The notes under the pieces: model-generated | The model's input: the letters and a program-made list of their open reading frames with translations, nothing else | Database searches by the model: none | What the model was told of the DNA's origin: nothing | Translations under genes and position numbers: made by a program | Source: Podarcis vaucheri | Lineage: Eukaryota | Strand: one strand, 5' to 3' | DNA length: 64,000 bases | Assembly (NCBI GenBank): GCA_965113315.1 | Contig: OZ220364.1 | Part shown: piece by piece, positions 14,101 to 28,090 of the stretch | How positions within the stretch are numbered: position 1 is the stretch's first letter | How the letters are laid out: every line of letters starts with the position of its first letter

Positions 14101-14427
14101 TTCAAAAGCAATTTATCCCCAAATAATAACACCTTCATATCAGTTGTAAATTTGTGTTTTGTGCTCACAAGAGAACCCCTTGGCTAAAGTGGATAGATCT
14201 GGACTCAGAAAGTACTGAATGACCCAAGCCAGACTCATCGCAATAGATGTACTCATGTTATATGGGGAAAGGAGGACAACAATATGGGGAGGGAAATGCC
14301 AGCCAGGACCCACAGACGTTGGTTGCTGCTGTTTCAGCATTGCCCCATCACTTCATGACACTTTTCCTCATCCTTTTTTTTCTTTTTAAAGAAGTGTAGC
14401 TGGAGGCTGTGCTAGAGTACTCATATA

Positions 14428-14437
14428 TTCTCTCTCT

Positions 14438-14474
<37 letters not shown>
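14428..14474. repeat. (TC)n(TG)n compound microsatellite
   Basis: Direct reading. Confidence 0.95.
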
Positions 14475-14475
<1 letters not shown>

Positions 14476-16329
14476 TGCTCTGAGCAGCTAAGACTCCTGC
14501 AGCCTAGTTCTTCTGCCATACAGGAAGAAGAACCTGACCACATGTCTTGCAAGGGTACAGAAGAGCGCACTGCTTCTCAGGGTCAGGCTAGGGTTGCTCT
14601 AGTGCTAAGAATAGCATGAGCAGCAGTGCTATTTACTTTCGTCACCCAGAAAGGCCCCTTGAATATTCTGAAGTCACTATTCTGGATTGGGATTCAATCA
14701 CACAGTGTTAAATTGAGGTCATGCAGATTGTGCAGCAAACCTGCTTCGCAGGGGGAAACTCAGACTTTTTGCAGCAAGGAAGGTGACAAGAAAATGCAAC
14801 GGAAAGTGTGGAGTGACACTTGCTTTGGTGCAACGTCATCTGGCGTCCCAGCAACCAAATAGGGACGCATGTTCAGTAAAAGGTTCATCTGGAAGCGCCC
14901 TAAGAACTTGGTATTCTCTGCCTTTGACCTCAAGAAATCTTTACTGTGAATCACATTGAGACGGTTGTTTAGAAGGTGATTCATAAATCAGTGATGGTGG
15001 TGATAGCCATAATCACAATAATTAATATAAGAGAAATTGCTTCCTCGCCAGCAGGCTCCTTCTGCACCCCCAGGCTATAGCACTAGACATTTAACTGAAG
15101 CTTCAGAGCTGGGCCATAGTCAGGACTGAAAATATTGCTGTATGGAGGATGGCTGGTGGAGAAACTAGCCTCTGTAGGCAGCAGAGCCAGAGGAACAAGA
15201 AGACGAAAGAGAAAAGGCTGCATCTTATTGCGTAGAAATCTTTTAAAATGAGGTGAATGGGTTCCCCCTCCTGCAAGATTTTTGTTTCCCATTCTTATGG
15301 TGTGTTTTTCATTAATACAGAAACCCTCTTGAAGCTGGCGTGGGGTTGCCAGACTGTGATGTGAAGAGCTCTCCTTTATTTTGGATTTGCTTCAGAATTG
15401 GAAGGCTAGGGCAGTAACCATTTCCCCTTCATCCCTGCTCTCGAGCCCCCTATCTTTCTGCTGGGTGGTACATATAGATGGAGCAGAAATTTGATGCCAT
15501 TCACATTTGCACTACCTGATTTGCACTTTTTTGGGGGGTGGGGGACGAATCGCTCTTCTCTGAATTTTGCAATGCATTTCCCCAACCAAGTGATGTGTAC
15601 AAAACAGATGTACTAGGTTATAAAAATGCACAAAAATGCAAAGATAACAAACAAAAATGTGCTGTGTTCAGAAAAAAATTGCTTCACAAAAATGTGTATA
15701 TTGGGAGAAAGTGGCACTAAAATGCTGGTGAATTTTCAAAAGGGCTTTATTTTAAAAAAGAAAATAAAAAAGAAAATCAAAAACTGATGTGGAAATGTGC
15801 AGAGCTGAACTTAAGATTGGAAAATGAGAGAATGAGAAATGGGCACGTTCTCCTATCCCTCGTGGCCCATGTGGACAGGTGAGAGAAGCAGATAGCAGCA
15901 CCAAGGGAGGAAGGAGTAGAATTCAGCAACACATATCAAAAGTAAAAAGGAGAACCTCCAGGTTGCAACCTGGCAAGTAAGGACATTTCTCTGTGTTAAA
16001 AATAAAACAAATGAATACAGAGCAGCCATGTTTTAAAAGGCAGGGAAAGCAATTACTGGGGAAGAATGTTTAGCACAGTGATGGGGAATCTCCAGATGTT
16101 TCTGGACTACTTTAAAAATGAAATATTATATTTAACATATATTGAGTTTAAAGAAACTTAGGATGAGTGATAAAACTATATGTGGATAAGGCTGTTACCC
16201 GTCATTTTCCACCTAACCTTTTTTGACAAATGATTACCTAAACATTCAGTTTATAAATTTACTCCATCTATAAATACTTAAATTTTATATATTGAGCCAC
16301 CATTTATGAAGAACTTCTCTAACATTTTC

Positions 16330-16368
<39 letters not shown>
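16330..16368. repeat. (TAA)n microsatellite
   Basis: Direct reading. Confidence 0.97.
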
Positions 16369-16369
<1 letters not shown>

Positions 16370-19300
16370 TATTATTTATACCATCTGGCTAATATTTAGT
16401 TGTTTATCAGGTTTACTTTTCCATTACTTCCATCCTTCAATGATGTGTAATGCCTGATTTTGATGTTCTGGTCTTATGCAAGTCTTTTAAATAATTCCTT
16501 AGGCACAAGGGGGGGGGGAGTCTAATTGGACTTCATATTTGAAGGTCTAAGTGAGAACAGCATTACTATTCGCCGTATCTGAAGGGCCAAGAGTTTCCCA
16601 GCCCTGGTTTAAAATGTAAAATGCTAGAGGGGAGAAGGTTAAGGAGCCTACCCCCCATTTTTGTTTGTTTGTTTGTTTGTTTGTTGCAAACCGCTTCAAA
16701 CTGGAGTCTCCACAGCATGGGCATCCACAAGGGGGAGGGGAAAATTTGCCCCACTGAATAACCCCCAGATTCCCAGCTTTAAAAAGCCGACATGGTACAT
16801 TTTAAACATACTTAGAACCTGAGATATGAAGCAAAATGGTTAGATGATTGCCCAGTTTCAGCTAACTGGTTCTGCTAGTAGAAGCCCATGCAAGGACTTA
16901 TGTTAGTACAACTGGGCTTTCCCCCCTCTCCTCACCCCCATGCACCCCCAAATTGGTTTAGGGGGGAGTGGGAGAAACTACAGAACAGCACATGAAGGGA
17001 GGAAAGGTTGTTCCATTAGCCAAGCAAAAATGTTTGTGCTGACAGAGCAATCTCCCTAGTGCTACATCAATTTATCCCCACCATTCTTCCAATTATTTGA
17101 AAGAATTAACCTGTTCCTTGCATTCAGTGGAAAAATTCTTGCCAATGCCCATTTCCACTGATGGGATAGAGTTAAGGAGCCTCTCCCTCCCCCCCCCCCA
17201 TCCACAGAAGGGCCTCTACAGCCACATTTTCCAAAAAAATTAATTGTTTGCACTTTGTGAACACCCACGCACAGACACCGTCATGGAGAACACTACACAT
17301 GGCCAATGAACATCCCATGCATCTTGACACTAAGCCCGAGGAGATGAAGAGCACCTGTAGGCTCACTCTTGATTTGCCCTTTCAAGGCTGCTTGCTATCC
17401 CCCTTGTTCATTTGAAAGCCAAACTGTTTTCGGAGCCCAGCGAGCTTTCCACAAAACAACTGCGTCATCCCCATTCCATGCCTCTTAAGACAAGGTTCAT
17501 TGACCAACAAACCTCCTCTCATCGCTTACATTTGGGGAGGGGAGGGAAAGCAGAGAGGGGGAAAGAGTAGGTGGGGAAAATCCATTTGGTTCCTGTCCCT
17601 AAAGGAGAATTCCTCTCTCATGGCTCTTTTGTAAATAGTTTTATCTTGAACGATCATCAAGTGACTCTTTGTGCTCTCGACACTGGGCTCATTAATCGAC
17701 CCTCTGCGTTATCGGTTTTCCTCTCTGATCAGTTCTCAAGATTTATACGCTGCCTGTTTTGGTGCAAGGGAGATTTATTTCCCTCCTTCAAATCTGGAGG
17801 TGCTGTGGCTTTTCTGACCCAGATGATGTGACAGAAGACTTAAAACTGAAACAGCAGTGGGGATTGTGGCTAGAAAATAGAGAAGCAGCCAGACTAGAGA
17901 ATGGGAAACTGCGAAGCTTGTAGCACGTAGCAGAGACATAGGCTGCAAACACACAGTGCATTAACGCACATTACTTTTCCACAGGATCCTGGGACCTGCA
18001 GTTTGTTAAGGGTCCTGGGGATTGTAGCTCTGGGAGGGGTAAACAAGACCTCCCAGGAGTCTTTGGGGAAAGCTATGTGCTTTAAATGAATAGTTTGCAT
18101 GCAGCCATATTCAAGCTGACCTTTTGGCTACAACATCCAGACTAGTTTTTTTTATAATGGGGGTATTTTCCCTAGTCCTCCATTCCTACCACCCACTATT
18201 TCATCTTGCCTGGTGAAGACTTTCAGAGAACTCAAAAGCTTGCTGCTGTTTTGTGACAGTTTGGTGTGTCCTAATGCAGGCCTTGCCCAGCTGTGGGTTT
18301 TGATGTCTGGGAAAGGATGGCTTTGGTTCAGAGAGTCTGGGAGAAGGAAGAGAGTCAGAAAGAGTGTTGGGACATGATGAAGGATGGAGACAGAAAGCTG
18401 CTGAGAATTGGCTTGTTTTAATGCCTGAGGAAGATCATTTAAATTGAATGCACATGCCCACTCATTCACACAGGGCACAAACTGCTGGACACTTTTTCTG
18501 CGCAAATCCCACTGGACTGCACAAGAGCATGGCAGGAGACTGTGTTTCTGCCAAACGGAGGGCACAGAATGATCAAGTTGCAGACAGTTGGCCAAAGAGG
18601 TCAAAAGTTCACAGTGCGAAGCTCAGGGAATGATTGGATGGAAAACAGGAAAAGATAACTCTATTCATATTCTGTGCTTCTCTTGAAGAATTTAGCAACC
18701 AATCCTGGAATGAAGTTTCTTCCTCACTGAAGCTTAAGGCAAGCATTTTGTTCAGTGTCTCCCTGCCAGTGCAGGGACATTTGCCAAGTTGTTAACAGCT
18801 CGAGACATCGCACACATGTGGGAAGGGCATTAATTCAGCTCCGTGACAAACATCTTTTTCCCTGGAACACTTCTCTGTATGGGCAGCCACTTTCAAGGGA
18901 GATTGCAAGGGTGGGCATCTGTTCAAAACGCTGACCTGGCCATTTGGGCAATTGTCCAAAAGCAACTCATCTTCCATTTTTGGCTAAGATCATCCCAAAG
19001 GTTCTCTCGGATACTTCCAATTCCTATATGGATGCAAAAAAAAAATATGTTTAGTATGAAAAAAAATTAAATGACACATGCAATCAACACTGGCGACGTA
19101 CTCCAGATCCCAGTTAAACCAAAGAATCAAAGGCCTTGTGTATGTCAACAGAAATAGTGGCACACCTGCCGTATGAACTGGCATGGTTGAACAGTCAATG
19201 CTAATCCTCAAAGGAACTTTAGTGCTTGAAGATCCTTTTCTTTTTATGGAGTTCTGGGGCCACTCCATGCTACTAACCATGATTGCTATGCTCTGCCTCC

Positions 19301-21514
19301 ATACTGAATACTAGCTGCTAGAAACCTCAGGAGGGGACAGTTGGCCACTATGAGAACAGGGTCTGGACTATGTGGACCATTGGCCAGATCTAGCAGGGCT
19401 TTTCTCACCTTCCCATGACTCCCCCTCCCCTCCATAGGTGTACACATACGTGTGTGTGTGTGTGTGTTGGAGGGTGTCAACTGTGAAGAGGCCATACCTT
19501 TATAATAAGGAATGGTAGTTCTTTGGGCAGACTATGGATCTTTAACAACTTCACTCAGCTGTAATCTGCAGAATATTGTAGAGGAAAGCGAAAGCAGTTA
19601 AATTGGTTTAAAAAGTAAATTGCATTAGATTGCAGACATCCCTTCCATCATCTTCAACTCAAGTACTTTTCCTTAACTGGGTTGCAACAGAGGCGGCTGC
19701 CCTCAAGCCAATTAATGACAATCAGTCATATTTCATTGTTTAGAACCAGAGGTTATGACACCTGGAGTCAGAGTGACAACAGAACGCTAATGGACCATTT
19801 TAACCAAAAACATCACTCATCCACCCTGCAGGACCGTTGCTGCCGCAAGATACAATTACATATTATAGAGATGATAAATGACCAATTTCCATTCACTTTA
19901 TTAAGTGGGGCCTTCTACCATCAAATTTGCGTCACGTCCAGACCATGCCAGTTTCAGGAAGTGTCAGTTGGTAGGCAGACGTATCGTCACTCAAGTCAAT
20001 CAATTTGATTTCCTTTTGATGCAGGAGAATTCAGCCCTTAAAACTGGATATCTTCCAACAATTTATAAGCATGCCTACTCAACAACATTAAAGTCTCACA
20101 TCGAACATAACCAATCTATAGAAAGCACTTTATGATAATAGAAGTAGGAACAATGTTTGTAGTATTGTAACCTAAGAAAATCCTTAATAATTGGTGTGGG
20201 GTTTTTTAAAGCATGCCTACTCCTCACATTTAAGTCTGTGCTTAACAGTAGTGGATGCTATCAGGGATGTCTGGAGGGTGGGAAATTTTGTAAGTGTATG
20301 AAAAACTGTTTATTTAGGATCCCTAGAGTAAATTTCCAAGGTTCTTTGAGTGGAAGCTGTGGAAGCTAAACCAGTTTATATTGATGATAAATATATGGCC
20401 TTAGAGTGCATGAGGCTCTGTCTGCACTTTCACAAATCTACGTTTCCCAACTTTGTCCCCTTCAACAGACTAGAAAGTTGGGAAAGAAGTACCCATTTAA
20501 ATATAAATCAACTAGCATGGTACCAAGTGAGGTTATATTGTTCTAGCTTGCACTTTTAGAGGGTAGGCAAAAATGGGCTGATGACTCTAATTTTGCAATT
20601 ATCAAGTTACATAAACATCAAAATATTGCCTTTGGCTTTAGAACCACTTTTTAGCATCACTTACAGCACACCTATGAATGATTACCTAGTCATATGTTCC
20701 ATTGATCTCAAAGGGGCTTACTGCCTTGGAAGTTTGTTTAGGATTACAGCTTTAATCAACACTCCTGCATTTGTAAATTTTGCTTTACTGTTCTGGGAAG
20801 GGCTCTCACCCTGAACATGAGATTACTGTGAGTTCAAGTGGGCAGACTTACTAAGGGACCAACATCAGCAGGAGAGGGGAGGCACCAGTTGTTGAGAAAG
20901 AGGAATGTATACGTCTGAGGTCTCTGAATATTCTACCTTGCAACGGCACTGGAGCTGCCAGTAGAGAAGAGTTTCTATTATACGCCTGTCATTTCAGTAG
21001 ACAGCAATGCCTCAGCAATAAGATAAAACCTGTCAACACACCAAAACTGCTTTGATCAGGAACAGAAGATGTCAAGTGCGTAACAGAAAAGATTCTGTCT
21101 CCCCCCAAAGATGTCAGCAGTTAGCTTGGCTCTGCGCTGAAAAATAGAAGGGGAATGAAAGATAGAAAAGGTAAAACATGGGAGGAGGGCCAATATGAGA
21201 GAAAGAAAGAAAGAAAAATGTAAGTGGGAAGTTGCAGAGTTTTTTGTGTGTGTTTTGATGTTTCACAGACATTAAAGTTTATTGCCAAGGTCAGCATTTC
21301 TGTTTCACGTCATATTGAGGAAGGTGGTGAATATATTGCGTTTCTGCATGCTCAAGTGATGAAAGGGACTTATATCAGGAACAGCAGTTTGTGAAACTAG
21401 TAAGTTTCAATTCAAGGTTGATCAAAATTCCCTTGTCTGTCTCATGAGAACAGTGGAGGGAATGCCAGTTTCCCTCCCGTGACAAAGAGTCACATTCAGA
21501 TGTGTCACATTTAC

Positions 21515-22860
21515 GTTTGTTTTTTAAAATAATTTTTATTAAAGATTTTCCTCGTTTACAAAAGCACATGCATTGTCTCTTTCTTCCGGGAGGGGGGGTT
21601 GTTGGGTTAAGTTAGCCATATTGAATTGTATGCTGTCTGTGGGTTCGTGTTGTTGTCTTGTTGGGCTGTGTATGTGATAAAGGGAGCCATACCGGGGTGA
21701 AGGCGTCTTCTTCTACAGTGGTACCTCGGGTTAAGAACTTGATTCATTCTGGAGGTCTGTTCTTAATCTGAAACTGTTCTTAACCTGAGGTACCGCACAA
21801 TTTCTGTTCTCATCCTGAAGCAAAGTTCTTAACCTGAGGTACTATTTCTGGGTTAGCAGAGTCTGTAACCTGAAGCGTCTGTAACCCGAGGTACCACTGT
21901 ATTTGTGTCAGTTTCAGTCTATTGGTTAGCTGTTTAAGTCTGTTTCCCATACTACTTGATACCAGTGTTCCATGTTTAATCCTGACAGGTCCCTCCATTG
22001 ACTGGCTATGATGTCTCTGTCTGCTGAGAGTAGATGGGTTATGAGCTTTTTATAGTGTGAGTGGGCATTGTTATTTTGGAAAATGTTCAGTAGGGTCAGT
22101 TCTGGGATGACTTCTAGTACCTGCTTAGTTATTTTGCTTATTTCTTATATGACTGCTGTCCAGAAGAGTTGGGTTTGGGGCATTCCCACCACATGTGGAG
22201 GTATGTGCCTGTGGAGGTGCATCCTCTCCAGCATTTTAGTGAGGTTCCTAGGCGTATCACCGCCAGTTTCCATGGTGTTAGATACCACCTGTAAGTGAGT
22301 TTCAGAGTGAGTTCTTTTCTTTTTGCGATATGGATTTAAATGGAGGTTTAGACCCAATCTAGTCCATTGGGTGGAGTTAATTTCATAGTCTAGGTTGTCC
22401 TCCCATTGTTTTTTGATTGCATCAAGGGGGTTTGTGGGGCTTTGGAGCAGAGTTTTGTATATTGTGGATACCATCCCCTTGCCATGTCCCATTGTTGTTA
22501 TGAGACGGTTTTAGAAGGTGGTCAAGGGCCTAGTGGCTGTTGATTTTACTACTGGGTTGTTTAGGAAGGCGTGCGGTTGGTGGTGTGTTAGCCAGGGTAT
22601 TTGGGTGTCCCCTAGTTTGTTTTGAATTTCTTGTGTCACTATGGATTTGTTATTTTTGTAGAGGTCTGCTAGGCCATATAGGCCTTTGGCTTGCCAGGTT
22701 TTTATCTGGAGATTTTGTGCTGTGTGGTGGATAAGTGGGTGGTGAGCTAGTGGGATTAGTGGGGATGGGGTTGGGGTTGGGGACAGTTTGCCTGCTTCTT
22801 CCTTCCTTGCTTTAAGCATGGTCTGTGTCTCTCCAAGTGTATCCATTGTTTTATCTCATT
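21515..22860 (-). mobile_element. 5'-truncated, degenerate L1-clade LINE (ORF2 C-terminus, 3' UTR, polyA signal)
   Basis: Minus strand encodes the CCHC knuckle CWRGCTSTGTYLHMWWECP (about 22180-22237) and LTNRLKLTQ..EEDAFTPVWLP. AATAAA and an A-rich tail near 21520-21540. Confidence 0.85.
21716..21899. mobile_element. Tc1/mariner(pogo)-type MITE nested in the L1
   Basis: TIR CAGTGGTACCTCGGGTTA...TAACCCGAGGTACCACTG, TA TSD on both sides. Confidence 0.92.
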
Positions 22861-23098
22861 TTCTAGAATGTATGGGATTACGTGGTGCACTTGGTTAGCG
22901 ATACAGTAGGAAATTGCTTTTCTCAGATTTCCCCCTTACAGAAAAACACAAGAATAGGAGAGAGATGTGAAAAAGAAGACTATAGGAGTGTATGCACAGA
23001 CTAATTTTTTTTGCAGCATTTAAACTGGAGAAAATAGGTAGTGTTCAATTACTGTTCTATATCTATGCTATACTAACAATATAATCCTGCACACACTT

Positions 23099-23594
23099 TG
23101 TTCTTGTTATTGTTGTTTAGTTATTTAGTCATTTCCGACTCTTCATAACCCCATGGACCAGAGCATCCCAGGCACTTCTGTCTTCCACTGCCTTCCACAG
23201 TTCGGTCAAACTCACGTTCGTAGCTTCGAGAACACTGTCCAATCACCTCGTCCTCTGCCATCCCCTTCTCCTTGTGCCCTCCATCTTTCCCAACATCAGG
23301 GTCTTTTCCAGGAAGTCTTGAGGTGGACAAAGTATTGGAGCCTCAGCTTCAGGATCTGTCCTTCCAGTGAGAACTCAGGGCTGATTTCCTTAAGAATGGA
23401 GAGGTTTGTTCTTCTTGCAGTCCATGGGACTCTCAAGAGTCTCCTCCAGCACCATAATTCAAAAGCATCAATTCTTTGGCGATCAGCCTTCTTTATGGTC
23501 CAGCTCTCACTTCCATACATCACTACTGGGAATACCATAGCTTTAATTATATGGACCTTTGTCAGCAAGGTGATGTCTCTGCTTTTTAAGATAT
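23099..23594 (-). mobile_element. 5'-truncated BovB LINE with small internal deletion
   Basis: ILKSRDITL.TKV.I.KAMVFPVVMYG.ESWTIKKA...IDAFELWCWRRLLRVPWTARR; (TTG)n tail; imperfect TSD acacactt/acacgctt. Confidence 0.93.
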
Positions 23595-24509
23595 ACACGC
23601 TTACTCAGATGTAAGTCCCACTGGGTTGTATCCAACTAAATCATTGTGTATGAGAATCAGATTCCACTCATGCAACAGAACTTCCCCTCCCTATCCCTAT
23701 CCACTAGTGCCCCACACACGCCCCAGATTTGCTCTGGGGATTCTCCCAAAAATCTAGAGCAGATATGGGGGTACGTGGGATTGAGGGGTGTTCTGTTGTG
23801 TGAGTGGAAGTCATTTTGCTTGTGCAGAAACTTCACTGGATTAAATCCAAGATGACCTATTCCCAGGTAAGAGTTGCATGTAGGATTACAGCCTGAATAC
23901 AACTGTTCCCAGAGGGGTAGCCATGTTAGTTTGTTGCAGGAGAAATATCCAAGAGTTCCATGGCTCCTTAAAAGCAGACACATTTTTTGTGGTGTAATAA
24001 GACTTCATGGACTAAACCAATACTGCCAGAGGTCTAAAAGTAGGCTCCACTTACACCTGACATTTTGGCTTAGGTCTGGTGAATTACCTCTAGTTAGTAT
24101 TTAGAGGATGATTTCAACTATCTAAATACAGCAGTTAGCAAAGCCACAGCGGATGCAATTATTTACAGTTGTGTTTGGGAGATCTTAGAAAACTGGATTT
24201 ATATTAAGTGTCCTAAAAAAAATATGTTCATTTTTCTTCTTCTTTTATGTTATTAAAATACATAATCAAGAATAAAACAAAACCATCACAGAAAACAGCT
24301 ATGAAATATTGAAGCAGAAACAAAAAGGGGCCCAAAGGCATCAGTAATACATTCCAGTCTTTCAATACATTCCAGAAATTATAACAAGTCTATAAACACC
24401 ATTAATATGGATATCCCTTATGCTAATTCCATCTTCTGTCCTCTTCCACAGCATTCCTCACAACGAGAATCAGCCGTCACTTTCAGCTACTCTGACCTTC
24501 CCTCAACTT

Positions 24510-24630
24510 AGTGCCCTCCAGATATTTTGGACTACAACTCCCATCTGCTTCAGCCAACATGGCAAATGGTCAGGGATGATGGGAATTGTACTCCAAAATT
24601 ATCTGGAGGTTACCAAGTTGGACAAGGCTG
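24510..24630. repeat. Short palindromic squamate interspersed repeat (ACTACAACTCCCATC...GATGGGA.TTGTA); related copies near 7845-7960, 11000-11055, 30080-30205, 40280-40390, 45570-45705, 61860-61990
   Basis: Recurrent self-complementary motif seen in several copies in this window; probable old MITE. Confidence 0.7.
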
Positions 24631-25655
24631 AGTAGATGGCTCTCAAAGGCAACTGGACTTGCCCTCCATGAATCTGCCTATCAATGGCCCCTTGAATTGC
24701 CAGCCACAGATTAGCACAAGTGGGAGAAGACTCCTGCTTGTAGGATTTCTATAAACATCTGGTTCGCCACTGTGTGAAGCATGATGCTGGGCTAGATCAG
24801 TGTTTGATCTGATTGAGCATGCCTCTTCTTATGTTCCCACCACACCAGAACCCATTCTCAGTATGGAGGTAAGCAAGAACCTGAAGGAATGATTAAAGAG
24901 TGCAGAAGCCAACTCCTAGGGGCCAAGGTACCTTTGGCCCTCCCAGTAACATATTTGAGGTGACGGGGGGGGGGAGTTGATGGGCTTTGCCATTCAAATG
25001 GTGTGTGCACACTGTGTCTTGTGATTGATTATGCAGGGTGGGGCTTACGTGCACGCCCCCCCCCCATATTTTATTCAGGGTGTAATTAAATAAAGAAAAC
25101 TAAAGAACATTGCTAGGAGATAAAAAACGGGGTAAGAAGAGAGCATGGAGGTGCCAATATGAACTTGTGTCCTTTGGACTGCTTGGCCACTGGTAAACTG
25201 ACAATGTGTCACCTCACATACTAAGGGAAGGGTTATTATATTTGACTGGATGCAACTCCTGAAGACAACCTCTCATTTAAGTTTAGCCTCTCCACTTTAG
25301 CTGTCTCAATCTGTCATCCGGTAACATTTTGTTTCATGTCCAATGTTAAAAATCAGCCATTCACTAAGCTGCCACAGTGCCTAAGAGCTGACATGTCAAA
25401 CATTGTGTAACTGGCAATTAACATGTCCTATTTACTTTGTTAAGGGAAATGTGTTGGAAGAAATGTTTCCCCAAGAGAATAGCTTAGTGGGAGAAGTGTG
25501 GGTTGTTACTGTGTGGTGTTGGGGCACTCAAATTGGGCAAGCTGTTGCCAGAATACAGATATAAAATGCTGACCTCGTTCTCTTAACGCACCTTTTGGGA
25601 AGCAACTAACTTCCATATTCAAATGGTTCATATACAATGTTTTCTTTGCTTGCAG

Positions 25656-25746
25656 GCTGAAGGATCTTATGAGAAAATAAGAGTGAATTTGCTTAACTAT
25701 AAAGAAGCATGCTTGAAAATGTTGCACGAATCTGCGATCAGCCCAG
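25656..25746 (+). CDS. GLP2R: GLP2R exon 2 (AEGSYEKIRVNLLNYKEACLKMLHESAISP)
   Basis: ttgcag acceptor, G|gtaag donor, YKxAC motif of the ECD helix. Confidence 0.9.
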
Positions 25747-26435
25747 GTAAGAAAGCAACCTTCACCACCATCAACGCACAAATAATAGTTTGCAAAGCTT
25801 GTAGAAATGTGTTGTATCCAAATCAGCAGTACATGAGCCTAATGTCTGCAAAGATTTCTGCTTGTGTAGTGGAGCATTCACCCTCCCTCTTTCCCTGCAA
25901 TCTGTTCTAGGGGCTCCCTCAACCCTGTGGAGCAGATTTTGGGAGGGTGCATGGGGGAGGGGAGAAATGAAAGTCCCATTTGCAAGTGGAAATCCTTGCA
26001 TTGGTGGGATGTGTTAGCTGAATACTGCCCAGTGATAACTAAAAGATCATGAGTAGTAGGGCTTCTCACCAAAATGGATGCAAGTATAAAGAGCAAGAAA
26101 TGGTGGAAATTTGGTGAGCAGGATTGGGAGAAGAATGAGATGTATTTTATTGAATATGCTAAAACGGCATATTGCGGGATCAGAACAGCTTTTGGATCCT
26201 TTGGTGTCAAGTCACTTTCTCAGTCTCCCTCCACACCCCTGAACCACCCCTGAAAGGCCCCCATTTGGCCTCTGCCATCAGTTGGTTCAGGGCAATGAAT
26301 GCTTCATTGGCAGTGGGGATGGGAATATTGGATATGTTGCCCTGAGAATAGTACTTTTCTACTACTACCTTAAGGTGGCTGTTTACTGAGATAATTTATG
26401 CAAATGTCTGTTTGTTGTTGTTAATATTTACTGAA

Positions 26436-26725
26436 CCTCCTTGGGAACATCTTGTTTCATTTTCTGTCAGTCATCTTAATTCATTTCCTGCTGACATTTG
26501 GTATGAGGATGTGATCTGGCCAAGATAATAATATTTATATGTTGTCATAAAAATTATTGAGGTATTCTGTATGAATGCTATCATCATTATTTTGTTGATT
26601 ATTCATTTCTAATCCTTTCAACTAACCATTTGGCCTCTTGGGAACATCTTGTTATATTTGTTCTCACTCACCTACATTCATTTCCTGTTGATATATGTGG
26701 TCATGATGTGGTCAAAATGATAATC
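26436..26725 (+). repeat. Diverged ~95-bp direct repeat pair (units start about 26436 and 26634)
   Basis: CTTGGGAACATCTTGTT...ATTCATTTCCTG.TGA.AT...GATGTG shared by both units. Confidence 0.75.
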
Positions 26726-27227
26726 AGCCAGCTTCGTGCTTGTTTTGGTTGCTCGCTTCAGTAATTTTGATGCCTTGGTTCCATTCATGCCCCCGTCCCC
26801 AAAGTTTGATTGATAAATGTTCTTGAGAACTTTGCTTGCAATCTAAATCACCATCTATATCTAGCTGAAATGCTTATCTAAGTAGCACAAGTAGCAGCTT
26901 AGCATAAGGATGGCTGCTGGCATGCTTCACTGTAAGTCTTACGTTTAGTGCTCAAAGTGGCAGAAAAAGGGTTTCATTTCAAGTTTGGTCAGATTCTGTT
27001 ATGTCTGTTGCAAAGAAGTGGAACTGCATCCCCTCCTGCTTTTGAGCCCTGCTTATGATCAAGCTGTAAACTTCATTTAGAGGTATTAATTTAAATGCTA
27101 CAAGATGTGCAGAGTTATGTATCTTAGGTGCAACATCAATATGGCTTGGTTTGAACACACTGCATTCCTTGGTGATCAGCTGCCTGCATCCTTTAGTGAA
27201 TGTTAAAAGACTCTCCCTCTCTCTCAG

Positions 27228-27332
27228 GAATATACTGCAATGGGAGTTTTGATGAATTTGTTTGCTGGCCTCATTCACCTCCAGGAATAGTCTCGGTTCC
27301 CTGTCCACATTATTTACCATGGATAGAAAATG
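27228..27332 (+). CDS. GLP2R: GLP2R exon 3 (GIYCNGSFDEFVCWPHSPPGIVSVPCPHYLPWIEN)
   Basis: Class B hormone-binding domain signature, canonical splice sites, 105 nt. Confidence 0.95.
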
Positions 27333-28090
27333 GTAAGGCAATATATGCACATTGCAAAGCTGTAATATATATGAGAAGATTTCTCTTTCCTTCTAGAGTT
27401 CTGTACTGGGTACCTTGTCATGAAAAGAAACTGCTAACTGAGACTCTTCAACACTGATGGCGTAGGGTAGCTTCTTAGATAAATGCTTGAATCAAATCTC
27501 TCCTGACACATACTCAGAAATCCAATTCTGCCACACTCCATACATAGTATGATGTATGGATTATAAGGTAGATGTAAGGTAGAAACATGATTTCGTCAGC
27601 AGACTCCTACAGTAGTAAGGAGGAGACAATATTGGGAGGCAAGGAAGCAAGCTTTAAAGGAGCCAATGAGGTCACACAAGAATGAAAGAGGGAAGGTGGC
27701 CAGATTTACTTAATCCCCCTTTGGAATCTGCAGTCCTGAATTGGTTAATTATACAATATCAGTGACTGCTTCTCAACCCCAAGCACAAATAATTGAAAGC
27801 ATGTAAAATGGAATTAAGTGAAATACAATCTTATCCCTTGGGTTTAAGCACTGACAGGGGCTTTAGAAACAAGGAATTAGGAGAATTTGACAGTGTTAAT
27901 CCATTGATAAATATTAAGCTTTCTACAGTTACCTCCCAAATAAACAGACATTACAAAGAGCCACAGACATCCAGCCAAGTCTCCATTTTCAGGGGTCTCT
28001 AGGCAAGTGATGAAAGGATGACGGCACAAACCATGTCTGAAAAATGAAATGTGTGGCTTGACCTTTGAGCTTGCGTCTGTTTACATTTAG

